DNA of 64,000 nucleotides from Blepharisma stoltei ATCC 30299 (lineage: Eukaryota > Protista > Ciliophora). The notes under the pieces are model-generated. The model did not search any database, was not told the DNA's origin, and saw only the letters and a list, made by a program, of their open reading frames with translations. Below are positions 47,529 to 59,540 of this stretch, piece by piece. The DNA is taken from assembly GCA_965603825.1 (NCBI GenBank), contig CBFDEM010000028.1, positions 1-64,000 on the forward strand. The letters are read 5' to 3'. Numbering within the stretch: the stretch's first letter is position 1; the number at the start of each line of letters is the position of its first letter. The translations under genes and the position numbers were made by a program.

Positions 47529-48299
47529 CTATCTTTTGAACTTGAACGTTAATTCTTTCATATCTCTCCTACCTGTTTCTTTGCAGGTAAAATTACTAAA
47601 TTTTGAATCTGTTTCGATTAAATTGTGCTCTCTGCTAGCTTTTCTAGCATGAATTTGTTTAACTTCCTCTTCTTCGCTTTCTGGGATATTAGTGCTTTCA
47701 CTCTCATAATTTATTTCCACATGCTTCTGAAACGAAGCTTGTGAATTCCCATTGAAATAGGGTGTCGTTGGCTCATCTTTCTTGCTCATTTTAAAATCGA
47801 TTTTTTCTTTCCCATGCTTTTTCTCTTTCTTTGTGAAAAAATCATCCCTAAGCACTGACATTTTTAATTGAATTTCTTTCAGCTCCTTAAAAAAGTGTTT
47901 GCTTTCTTTAATTGGCAGAATATTCCTTGTCGATATGGGTGGGAAAATGCACGCTGAATTGTTCCTAGCTAGAAGTTTTGGCTTATTTGAAATATCAGAA
48001 ACTGAGAGGGGTTTTTGATGTTTGTCGATTCCTAGTGATCTTTGAGAATTCGAAGAATTAAGACTAGGCGGTCCAGAACTAGGATGTTTTAATGGGCATA
48101 TAGGCCTGAGCTTGGGGGAGTTTGTTCCAAGCTGTCTCATATTGAGAAATGGATCCTGAATTGGCACTTGCCGAGTTGTTGCAAGAGCGTTTCGGGGAGA
48201 TGACAGCTGCAATATAGAAGGCTTTCGAGAAAGACTAAAAACTTGATCTTTGTCGCTTATATTTGGTTTCACTCTTGGGACATGTATGACCGGCTTCAT
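47529..48299 (-). CDS. Hypothetical low-complexity protein
   Basis: 256 aa ATG-TAG ORF. Confidence 0.65.
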   Translation of the reverse strand: MKPVIHVPRVKPNISDKDQVFSLSRKPSILQLSSPRNALATTRQVPIQDPFLNMRQLGTNSPKLRPICPLKHPSSGPPSLNSSNSQRSLGIDKHQKPLSVSDISNKPKLLARNNSACIFPPISTRNILPIKESKHFFKELKEIQLKMSVLRDDFFTKKEKKHGKEKIDFKMSKKDEPTTPYFNGNSQASFQKHVEINYESESTNIPESEEEEVKQIHARKASREHNLIETDSKFSNFTCKETGRRDMKELTFKFKR

Positions 48300-48490
48300 A
48301 TATATTAATGCAAAATTAATAAAATTTTGAATATAAAGCTATTTTCGAAAAGGATTAAAAATATTTGAAAATTTATGATGATAGCCAGCTGCGAGAAAAT
48401 TAAATTTTTTATTTGGAATTATTTATATCAATTTTGTAATGATATTTCTGTTTTATTTCTCACAAAAAATGACCATATAATTATTAACTA

Positions 48491-48922
48491 ATGCAATCTG
48501 AAGGTAAGATTTATTTAGTTCCTCGAAATTTCAGGCTTCTTGGAGAGCTCGAAAAAGGAGAGAAAGGGGTTGGAGATGGGAATGTGAGCTATGGCTTAGA
48601 AGTGGCCGATGACATCACCTTGTCTTCTTGGATCGGAATGATCCAAGGTCCTCCTGGAACAGTTCATGAAAACAGGCTATATAATATTAGAATATTCTGT
48701 GGGCCTAGATATCCTCAAGAAGCTCCTCAAGTGACTTTTATCACCAAAATTAATATGAATGGAGTCAATGCACGTGGTGCAGTTGACAGAAATGTTTTTA
48801 GAGTGCTTGGAGCATGAAATTCAAGCTTCACAATAGAATCCATACTTGTTGAAATTCGTAATGAAATGGCAGCTGACAGAAATAAACGCCTTGCACAGCC
48901 AAATGAATTCGAAAACTACTAA
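48491..48922 (+). CDS. MMS2: Ubiquitin-conjugating enzyme variant UEV1/MMS2
   Basis: [24 protein letters not shown]; intron 48504-48518; TGA=Trp at 48815; ends [15 protein letters not shown]. Confidence 0.93.
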
Positions 48923-49214
48923 GAGATGATTTAATTTATTAGAAGTTAAATGAGATGCTTTATTTTAAGTGTATCTTAGTTTGGTGATTAAATTAAAGAA
49001 TTAGTCTGCCTAAATCTCTTATTTAATTGCTAAATTTCTTTTTGGTTTGGCAGCGTCAATACTTTAAATTAAGATTATTTTATAACACTTATTATAATGC
49101 ATATCTTAATAAAAATATATAAACAGTGAGAAAATAAATTGATCTAAATATAAATCAACGTATTTTGTTTTAATTAATATTGGGCCTATTAATTGTTTGC
49201 CATATTATATAAAA

Positions 49215-49852
49215 ATGCCAAAGGGCAGCCGCAGAAGAATTTACATTGGCCGTCTCGACAAGAGAACCCGTGCTAGGGACCTGGAGGATGTGTTTAACCG
49301 CTATGGTCGCATTCGAGACGTAGAGTTAAAGAGAGACTACGCTTTCATTGTATGTCCCGACGTTAGGAGTATTACGAGCCCCGAGACGCTGAAGACGCAA
49401 TCCGTGACATGGACGGCAGGAAGCTGGACGGATCTCGCGTTATCGTAGAATGGGCAGGGTCAAACCGCAGTGGCCACGGATCCGCAAACGAAGACACTTG
49501 TTTCAATTGTGGACAAACTGGACATTGGTAATTATCACATAGGGCGAATAACTGCAAAGAAGGTGACTGAAAAGATAAATGCTATAGGTGTGGCAAAAAA
49601 GGCCATATGAAAAGAGACTGTCAAAGCTCCAGGTCTAGATCAAGATCTAGAGAAAGAAATAGAGGAAGAAATTCCTCAAGAGACAGAGATGCCAATAGAA
49701 CACGAAATGGGTCAAGGGACAGGAAAAGAGATAGGGACGACTCAGCTGATAGAAATAGAGAAGAGGCAAGAGAAAGATCGAGAGAAAACTCAGAATCTGC
49801 AGAAAAAAATAGCAAAATTGAGTCACCTGTCAGAGAGGAATATGAATCTTAG
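49215..49852 (+). CDS. SR splicing factor with RRM, two Zn knuckles and RS tail (RS2Z-type)
   Basis: RIYIGRL...KRDYAFI|EY..PRDAEDA; [19 protein letters not shown](TGA)[12 protein letters not shown]; introns 49350-49366 (17 nt) and 49528-49542. Confidence 0.9.
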
Positions 49853-49933
49853 TTAAGTATTTAGTTAGATTAGCTTATTTTTAAGAGTATTATTGAAAAA
49901 ACCAATAATAGAATTATATCAGAAAATGCTAGT

Positions 49934-51778
49934 TTAAAGATCTTCATTACTTTGAATTAAAAAGGTTAAGGTCTCTACAAGTACCTCTTTATCGCTTGCA
50001 AAATCATGCAGCCCAATTGCTGATTTTAATCTGGAATCCTGGTTTTGGAACATTTTTAATAATTTTTCTTGCTGAGGCTCGTCGAAATTTTCTTGGATAA
50101 ATTTCCTGAATTCTTCTTCTTCGCTTTGAAGGACACTGGGCATTCTCTGAATAAAAACTTCTAAAGAGCTAATAAGTTCTTCATCATTTTTTGTGATTTG
50201 GTACTGTTCAAAAACGTTAAGCAAAGTGGTGTCTTTTTCGTCAGCTAAATTTTGAAGATGGGCGACCTGCTCTTCAGTGAATCTTGAACTCCCTATTTCT
50301 TGGATTTTTGAGTCAATATCAAGAAGCATGCTGTTTTCTTGGACAATTTTTAATAGAATTTCTTCTATTGAGCCGGTGTCGGTTTGATGGGTTTGGATTG
50401 CTTCTAAAAGCTCAGAGTCCTGATTATCGTAAAGCTGAGTTAAGGCTTGCCGATAAGGAGCTAAAACAGAGGATTGGGATAAAATGTTGGCAAATGAGGA
50501 ATAAGCTTCAATTTCTCCTTCATTTTCATCTTCTTCAATCATTTGGACGACTTGGTTCATTATTTCTACTTTTGGTATTTCGCTATTATTTAAGACCGTA
50601 TTCAGAGAATTTATGAATTTATTTGTATTTCCATCATTTTCATAAGTTTCAAAAATAGATAAAATTTCTACCTTATTTGCCTTTTTATCAAGCTTTATTG
50701 TTTTTATTTCGTCATGGCTGAAAAATTGTGATACAAGAATTTGATAATAAGAGTTACACAAAAATTTTACATAAGATTCTAAAGCTTCTTTATCTTCATT
50801 TTTAAGGAAATTTTCGAAGTATTTGTATAATATTCTGCTTTCTTCTTGAATCAAGCTTTTTAATACCCCTTTCAGCTCAGGCGCCCAATTTTTCCCAATC
50901 CCTGTCTTTTGGATTATTTTTAAAACAAATTCAGGGTTAATGTCTTCTTTGCAAGGAGCTGATTCTATTGGAGGCGGATTTGGATAAAAAGATGTAGAAG
51001 GCAGCGTTTCTAATGCATCCTGTTTTTTAAACTTCTGTATAGCTCTCATTAACGAATCTACTAGCTCTTCTTGGTCTCTATCACTTTCAAATACGTCAAA
51101 AGCTGAGAACACAAACTCATTTTCACTTGTAATCAATTTATTAAGGATTTCTATGTCCTCTTCACAAGGCAAATTTGCTTTAACCAAAGAGTCCACAAGG
51201 ATCTGCAGTTCATTTTTTCTTGGCATAGGCGACGCTGGCCTCTCCATATACAAGCTTAGCCTGTCAGCTAATTTTTGTAGCCTGACCCCTAGATCGTTTA
51301 ATGAGATGCTGTGCAGAAAATAGTTATCAAATTCTTTCATAACATCAAGGTTTTCTTTTAAAATCAAGGCTTTTATGATTCCTAGGTCTCTTTGGTCTAA
51401 GAGTCCTTGACTTTCCATTTCAACCACAACCTGAATAAATCTATGATAGCCTCTTCTCTCAGCTCTTGTGGTGGAAGGCCTTACTTGGCTGGCTGCGTTG
51501 TATTCTCTAGGTCCCATTTGGCTTTGAGTCATCCTGAACCTTTCTTCTCGAGTTTTAGGTCTTTCTTGGAACTCATTTCTATTGTTCCCTTTTTGCAGAG
51601 TGGAGTTTTTATATAGTCAGTCTTTGAAGCCTTCAATATCGTTATTGTCAATAAATTCGTGGAAGTAGTGCATCACAATGTGGTTGTTCTCTCTGATTCA
51701 AGTTCTCAATGCAAAATATTTATCTTCATTAAGCCTGTATTTTACACGAAAATCTGAAAGTATGATATCTAATTCCAT
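49934..51778 (-). CDS. Hypothetical protein with ~8 dispersed helical repeats (614 aa)
   Basis: Extended upstream to ATG 51778 through 2 TGA; repeated LxxLxxxExxxVxxxFxxF/YxxxxDxEELxxxL. Confidence 0.8.
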
Positions 51779-52056
51779 CTTATAAATGTTAATAAAATTC
51801 TTGATTATGAAGAAATGTTTTAGAATTTCTCAAACCTAAACTTATTTAATGCCAAACAAAAATTATTCAAGTAGAATAAATCTCTATGGTCAGGTTTATT
51901 TAAAGGAAAGTTTTCAACTGTCAAAGTAAAGCACAGCTCTATAATTGAGCAACCTCTTCATCAATCACAATTTATGAATGATTAAATATACATTAGAAAT
52001 AAAAGCAAAATCATTCTATTTGATTATCTTTATTTATAGCAGCACGGTTATAGATA

Positions 52057-52995
52057 TTACGCAAGATGAGCTAGGGATGTATTCCTTGAATATCTTAGTT
52101 CTGTTTCGTCAAAATGTAAGTCAAGTACTCCTGGAGTGTTTACCCCTCCAGTATCAGGATAAGGAGTACTCAATTTGCCAATATTTCTAGGCTTTGCTGC
52201 AGGAACTTCTAGATTTTCATCAGGTGTTACAACACCTCTTTCTCTAAACGCATTTCTTTTATTCTTATTTTCAGCTTGACTTTGCTTGTGTAAGATATAA
52301 TCAAAAGTGGTCATACCAAGCTTTTTCAAATAAATATGCAGGCATATTAAATAAGTATCAGCAATAAAAGAGATCCCAGAAGTGATTGCAATAATCCATA
52401 TCAAAACGATTATTGGGTCACAAAAATCGAATTTTTCTGTGGCTCTTTTATGAAATTCATCATAATTATTATAGTATTCATCAATCAGAAAGATGCTGAA
52501 AGCTAATAAAATTGATAAATTGATTTCTAAGGAAATAATAAGGGATATAAACAGTTTATAATTTCTTTTTCCAATACAGTTATTAAGTCATTTGCAGTGG
52601 TGGTCAAAATTATCAACGCATCGATTGCATCTACTGCAATGCTTGCTTTTCGGGTTTACATAGCAATTGCATATAGTACAAAACGCTTCACAGTTTTGAG
52701 TAATTTGTGTTCCACTAGACACAATCTCTTTGTGTTGATTTGGCCACAGATCTGTAGGATCACTTTTCGTAGCTTTATAAGCTAAAATAATAAGGAAAGC
52801 TTTTGAGGTGAAAAAACCTACCCCAAAAATAATCTGAATGTTTTATACCCTGGGTGTTATATCAAGCATGGTAACTATCACAATAGAGGACAAAAACAAA
52901 TGAAATGTCGCCACCACCCAGCTTATTATTTGAAAAGGATGCAGCGGAGTGCCAAACCCATTTCGTTTGACTTTTATCCCATTTGTCATTATCAT
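52057..52995 (-). CDS. DHHC palmitoyltransferase (ZDHHC1/11-like)
   Basis: RNGF..[27 protein letters not shown](TGA 52588)LNNCIG; TTFDYI; intron 52834-52848. Mostly missed by the ORF track; the start could be 52989. Confidence 0.92.
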
Positions 52996-53079
52996 TTTAT
53001 TTCAATTTTTTCTAGACAATTGCAGTGTTGGGTTTATTTAATGCCGAATTTACTTGGTTGCAATTTTATAAAACCATAA

Positions 53080-53556
53080 ATGGCACAAGTCTTTAGGCCA
53101 AATCCCAAAAGACGTCCGAGGCATTTTCCAACAACTCGAGATGTGGGTTTGCAGATAAGCGAAAATGCTTTAGAAAATAATGTTATTACGGTAAGGGTAT
53201 CAGACAAAAGTAATAGAAAATCTGAAAAATTACTGAAATATAATGAAACAATTAAAAAGGACTTAAAAGTAAAAAATTTTGATTTTGATTTAAAGGACAG
53301 CCAAATGCATTTACGGAATTTTTCGAAAATAATTTTGTCACCTCCACATATTTTATCACCAATAATTAAAAGGCAAAACAGCATTTTATTGCATCGATCT
53401 ATGAGTATTGCAGATGTGAACCGTCAAGCTCCAAGTCAACAGCCCGAAATAATTCTTTCAAAAAAAAGGAAAAATTATAGTAATTTTAAAAGAAAAGTCC
53501 TTAAATTGATTTTCCAAGAAGACTTGGGGCCAAAAATAAGAAAGTTCAAGTTTTAA
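53080..53556 (+). CDS. Hypothetical basic protein
   Basis: 158 aa ATG-TAA ORF divergent from the DHHC gene. Confidence 0.55.
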   Translation: MAQVFRPNPKRRPRHFPTTRDVGLQISENALENNVITVRVSDKSNRKSEKLLKYNETIKKDLKVKNFDFDLKDSQMHLRNFSKIILSPPHILSPIIKRQNSILLHRSMSIADVNRQAPSQQPEIILSKKRKNYSNFKRKVLKLIFQEDLGPKIRKFKF

Positions 53557-54543
53557 TAAAAAGGTGCCAAGCTTATTTTTATCAGAATATTCCCAATTTT
53601 AGAGACATTTCCTTAATTAAATTGCTAATTTATTTTGATAATTTTTGTATCTAATTGGTTTAAAATAAAGACCTAGGCTGCAGAAAGTTTGGCTTAAAGA
53701 CACTGCAAATATTTCTCAGCTAGAGCCAAATAAATCGAAATATTTGTGCTGTAGGAATACTAATCTAAAGAGATAGTGTATGCAAATAAGCTTGCAACCA
53801 TTTAATAATTATTTAAGGGAATTTTCACTTTGAAAAAAATATATATTACTCAATTTTAGACTATGCTAATAAGTTTTATATAAATTAATTAAAAAGAAAT
53901 TATTCCCCTATTAAATATACAATTATTGCCTTATAATTTTTTCTAATATTTGATTATTAGAAATTTCAATCACAATTTCAATCTTTTAGAGCTTCTCTTA
54001 TAATTCTGCTTTGTTGTTCTTGCCAAAAATAGCAAATTATTTAATAATATTTCATCTTCACTGAAATCAAAAATTATATTGCGTTGATTGAAATTAATTT
54101 TGTGTTAATTAGAATATTTTAACTTAACAGAATAATATATTAATATAATCTTGATTAGTATGAGTTAAATCTAAACACATTACAAGTTTGATTTAAATAT
54201 GTCTAAATTATTTGGAGAAGATAATTTTCAAAAAAATCCGTTTAGAAATTAAACAGAAATAATTTATTGAATATTTATTGTAATTTTTTTATTATAGATG
54301 AATACCAGATCTTTTAGTCATATTGCTGCATGCAAGTTCTTTTTATGCGTAAGATAAAAAATTGCTTTGGGAAATTATTTTGAAAAGCTCAAAAATTGTG
54401 TACGCTTAGCAAAACGCCAGGAAAATGGCCCAAGAGAGCTTAAAATAGTTTGCACAAAAGATTACTTGCTCAAATAATTTTAGTTTTTGCATTAGAATCA
54501 TTTTTTATAGCTGATTAATTAATAAGGTTTTTTCAATATAATA

Positions 54544-56346
54544 ATGTTTGGTGAGAGATCTTTTCTTCAAGATTCAGATAGTTCGTTTGAAATTGAGCCT
54601 GACAATGCATATTTTGCAATAGTTGGGAATAAGCAAGAAGAAGAAAATTCGTCAAGGTTTGCCCATAAATTCACCCATCATAGCTCTGTAGAACTCAACG
54701 AAACACCTATCAAAACTAAAACTGCTTCTCAAGAGATTTCTGAAGACTTTAATTTCAAACGTAGCATTCGAGTGTCAAAATCATTAAACAATTCAGCACA
54801 AAAATTACCTCCAAACGGGTCGAGTTTTAATACAAATCAAGTTGATACTTCCGAGAGTTGCAGAAGACAATCCAGTATAATTGAGGCTTCTAAAAAAAGC
54901 GCCATAAATAGAACTGAAATGATGAGAAATCAAAAATCAAGACTTTTAGGGAGGACAGGGCTCAGCAAAGTGATAGCAAATGAAATGCAATTTCCTGGGA
55001 ACAAATTTTCTTTTTATAATGGTTGTGAAGGTATTCAGCCACATCCTCCGAATATTGTGAAAAAAAGTAATGATATCGTGTTTGTAACAAATGCTAACAG
55101 AATTGGACTGCAAAGTGCAAAGGTAACACCAAAGCATGATATTATTGGTTTCAAAAATTTTGATCATGAACTAGATACAATTGTGCTGGATGATACAAAA
55201 CCAAAACTACATAGAAAAACTGAGAATAGTATGCCAGTATCTATTACTAGTGGCATGAAATGTCTCAGTGCTGACTGTACCATCTCACAGGTTGAGATTA
55301 ATTTTGAAATTCCTAAAACACCGATTCAAGAAAAAGAGTTGCCAGTTATTCACAGAGACCCCGATAGCTCTTTGCTTGATTTATCATCAATAAGCATCAA
55401 CGAAAGAAGCTTATACACGCCTATTAATGAAGAAAATAGCCAAAGCTACACTAGAAGATCCTCAGAATCCACCACACGCCCAATTCCGAGAAAAGTGGAA
55501 ATTACAAAAATTCCAACCAACCCTACAAGAGAATTTATTTTAAGCAAAATGATAGACTTAAAAGCATTTGTGACAAGGCCAGTTCCAAAAGGAATAACTT
55601 TACAATGCTCCATTAAAAGAGTCAATACAGGGATAGCACGATTTTATCCGAAATATTATTTATATTTTACAGAAGGCTGAAAGTTTTTATTAGCAGCCAA
55701 AAAAAGGGCCGGAAATAGAACAGCAAATTATATGTTGACGATTGATGAAAATAATTTTTCTGTAAAATCAAATGCTTATTTAGGAAAACTAAGGTCAAAT
55801 TTTATTGGAAATGAGTTTGTTTTATATGATACAGGAAAGAACCCAAAATCAAAAGGAGCGACATCTGCCAATGTCAGGGAAGAGCTTGGAGCTGTCTTAT
55901 ATGTAAATTGTATTTAGGAATCTAATATAATGGGCCCCAAAGCCCCACGAAAAATGACAGTGTTAATCCCTGAAGTGGATTCTTCTACACGTGTAGTCTG
56001 GAAACCAATGAAGGTAATCTTTATTTAGACAGAAGATTCAATGGTTTCGCACTATGGAACGAGCTATTTAAGCGGTTTAAGCAAGTTCATCAATAAGCCT
56101 CCATCATGGAATGAGTGTAATTTTTAGTCAGTTTCGAACTCTTACCATTTGAATTTCAGTCAAAAAGCCATTGCAAGTGTAAAAAATTTTCAGATTATCA
56201 GCGAGCTAAACGAAAACAAAATTTTACTTCAGCTTCTTCGCATTGGAGACCAGCATTTTAGCTTTGAGATTGAGTACCCATTTTCTCCTCTCCAAGCATT
56301 TGGAGTCGCTATAAGTAGTTTTGACAATAAATTATGTACTGAATAA
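54544..56346 (+). CDS. Tubby-like protein
   Basis: FLLAAKKR, YLGKLRSNFIG.EF.LYD.G.NP, PRKM.V.IP, NKPPSWNE, ASVKNFQ, YPFSPLQAF, FDNKLCTE. TGA at 55678; introns 55903-55917, 56014-56028, 56117-56131. Confidence 0.93.
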
Positions 56347-56359
56347 AATTATTAATTAT

Positions 56360-57862
56360 TTATCCTTTATACCCTACTCCGTAGCTCATTTTTTCTTTTT
56401 CAAATTCCAAGTCAAATGATTTTAGCTTACTTTTCTCTTTGTTTTTGAAGCATAAATAAATAGCCACCAGCCCTGCCCAAATCACCAGCATGTACTCAAA
56501 TACGTTGTTTTCGTAAAAATATTTGAAAAATTCTAGATACTTGATTTGAATCCCAAACATATTATTTATGTCGCTCAGCCTCGTATACATTGCAAAAGAG
56601 TTTGTAGCGAATAAAGTGACAGCGACTGATGCAAATAGAATTAAAATTGTGTTAAACAGCATTGAGTTCATAGGAGTTTTGTCAGGCTTCATTGGGTGGA
56701 TTCGGAAGCACCATAAAAATCGAATTCCGAACTTAACACATCCTTTTATGACTGCTAAAAGAAGATACATAGTTAACGCTGAATAAATTGTTGTAGCTAA
56801 AAATGATGTCCCAGGAGACTGCAGCTCGATCAGCACTTTATTCAGAAAAGGTGACGTAGATTCCCCATTACTTTTTCTTGTCAGAATATAAAGAATTATC
56901 TGTAAAATCCACAGTATTGAAACACATAAACAAATAAATCCCATAAACAAATAAAATGGGTACCATAATGGACTAGTCTTGCTTACCCCTTTTTCTACCA
57001 AAAATGTTTCATAATCTTGTTCTAATAGCAGCGTTTCTGCTTGAAGTTTGCTTGTATCTCTGCTTACAATCCCTTTAAGCCTTCTTCTTGCAGTCCATGA
57101 AGTTTCAGCTGAACATTGGGATTTAGCTATTTTTATCTGGCCTGCTATTTCCAGAAGTTCCTTAGTTCTAGCCCTAAGCAGTCTTTCTTTAGATGCCAGT
57201 TCTCCAGGAGTCAATCTCTGTGGTCTAAATCTGAATTTGTTAATAAAATCTAACGGTATTGCACTCAGCCCGACCCCACCAAAGAGAACTACAAGCCACC
57301 AGCCCAGCCAGGACATCATCCCCATAGCAAAAATAGGAAAAGTGACGTTAAATTCTAGGTCAGTGCTGCCTTGGTCACAAGTCGCTTGAAAATCAGAACT
57401 TGTAGGTCATTCACAAATATAAGTAGTTACTGGTATTTTTGTATAAGAAATATAAACGTATAATAAAGCGGTGATAAGAATTTCGATAACTAGTAAAAAG
57501 AACATCATTTTCATTGTAAAACAAATCCTGTCACATACTGGTTTTTCATCATCAGATTCGTAATAGAACATCGCGAATGGAAGCAAGGCGAATACAAGGG
57601 AAAAAACGGACATATAAATGATTTGCCATAGTAAATCTATGTCAAGTCCACCTCCGCTTCCTTGTGTGTTTGAAACATCTAAAGGTAAAGTAAGAATTTG
57701 TCCCCATGCAAGCATGAGCCCGAAAAGCACTAAAATTTTGCAAAATCATGAGTCAGAGAAACCTTTTTCTGAAGGGTCAAGATAGTAGATCATAAAATAG
57801 AAGTTTGATAGGAGTAGAACTACAGCAAGTATAATTGTCAAGGCTACCAGAAAAGCATCCAT
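56360..57862 (-). CDS. LMBR1/LIMR-family multi-pass membrane protein (500 aa)
   Basis: LPLDVSN, PFAMFYYESD, FGGVGLSAIPLD.I..F..RP, HPMK..KT.MNS.LFN; TGA=Trp at 57747 and 57407. Confidence 0.9.
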
Positions 57863-58456
57863 ATCAATATACAAATATTGAATATCATTTTTAAAATTAA
57901 TCAACAATACTGCTGAACTAGCATTATTTAAATCAAATAAAACAATTAAGAACTAAATTTAATAGAAAGCTGGAGCTATTTTTGAGATTTCTATAATGCT
58001 GATTAAATAAGCTATTTTACAATAATTGCTATTTTAGGTTTATAGATTCTGGCGGTGCCTTATGTGTTAAAATCGAGCTATATTATCATTCTAGCTTAAT
58101 AATTTTCTGAATGCTTGATTATAGCTATAAATTTAGCATATCTTTTAGTATGATCATAGAATAGTATTATTTGATTTAAATTTTCTTTTTGCTTTAAATT
58201 ATGTGTATGTGGAATTTTCCTAAGATTTTATCGAGCAAACATAGAAACCTCTAATTCATAAATCATTCGTTGCTATAAATGTCCTAATATTTTATTATAT
58301 GATAGAATATGCAATTAAATGGAATTTAAATAAGATTTTTGAAAATTAAAATCAGATAATCAATCCTTAAAATTCTAAAGTAACGATACCTGATGGAGTC
58401 ATTGTTGCCAAAAGAAATAAGGCTATTTGTCCAATGAAATATATTTATTGTTAAAT

Positions 58457-59491
58457 ATGAGCTCTGGCAACTACACAGATCTGAGGGTGGCAGGGAAATA
58501 TCGCCTTGGAGGTAAAATTGGCAGTGGCTCATTTGGGGAAATTTATCTCGGCTTAAATGTCCAAACAAACGAAGAAGTCGCTATAAAGCTTGAAAAAGCG
58601 AACACCCGTCATCCTCAGCTACTATATGAATCCAAGCTGTATCGTTTACTGCAAGGTGGAGTAGGAGTTCCTAATATTCATTGATTTGGTGTCGAAGGTG
58701 ATTTTAACGTAATGGTATTAGACCTCTTAGGTCCTTCATTAGAAGACTTATTTACTTTTTGCAATAGACGATTTTCATTGAAAACTGTCCTTATGCTCGC
58801 AGATCAGATGATATCCAGAATTGAATTTTTTCACGCAAAAAACTTTTTGCATAGAGATATTAAGCCGGATAATTTTTTGATCGGGCTTGGAAAAAAAGCG
58901 AATCAAATCCATATCATAGACTTTGGGCTGGCTAAGAAATACAGAGACCCTAAAACTCAGCAGCATATACCTTATAGAGAAGGAAAAAGCTTGACAGGAA
59001 CTGCAAGATATGCATCAGTTAGCACCCATCTTGGAATTGAGCAGTCTCGAAGGGACGATCTTGAAGGCTTAGGCTTTGTTTTGATGTATTTTTTACGAGG
59101 ATCTTTGCCATGAATGGGTCTTCGGGCACATACAAAGAAAGAGAAATATGATTTAATCATGCAAAGCAAGCTCGATACAAGAAATGAGGTCCTTTGTCAA
59201 GGATTCCCACAGGAAATGATGATTTATATGAATTATTGTAGAGCGCTAAGGTTCGAGGAAAGGCCTGATTATGCTTATCTAAAAAGGATGCTCAAAGACC
59301 TATTTTTCAGAGAAAATTACCAATATGATTTTATATATGACTGAACGATACTAAATTTCGTATTTTCTATTTAGAATAAAAATAGCAGAAACGAAGAAAG
59401 GAAAAAAGAAAGAAGCTCAAAAAATGAAGAAGAAAAAGTCAATCAGCAAAAAACTAATGAAGAAGTGAGACCGCGCCAGAGAAATATGTAA
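58457..59491 (+). CDS. CK1: Casein kinase 1 (delta/epsilon-like)
   Basis: [40 protein letters not shown]; TGA at three conserved Trp positions (58682, 59111, 59342); intron 59360-59374. Confidence 0.96.
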
Positions 59492-59540
59492 TCTAAAATT
59501 TCAAATAGGAATTTGTAATATTTATAAGAATAAGCTTTCA

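Noticed and set aside
48491-48922. UEV as another novel pseudoenzyme
   Set aside because: Lack of the catalytic Cys is the normal, well-known state of MMS2/UEV1.
53557-54543. 1 kb AT-rich gap as a retained IES or mobile element
   Set aside because: No convincing terminal inverted repeats or coding remnant seen; consistent with ordinary intergenic DNA.
3861-59491. Fragmented ORFs as pseudogenes or selenoproteins
   Set aside because: TGAs align to Trp, not Cys/Sec, in conserved proteins, and remaining breaks are explained by tiny introns.
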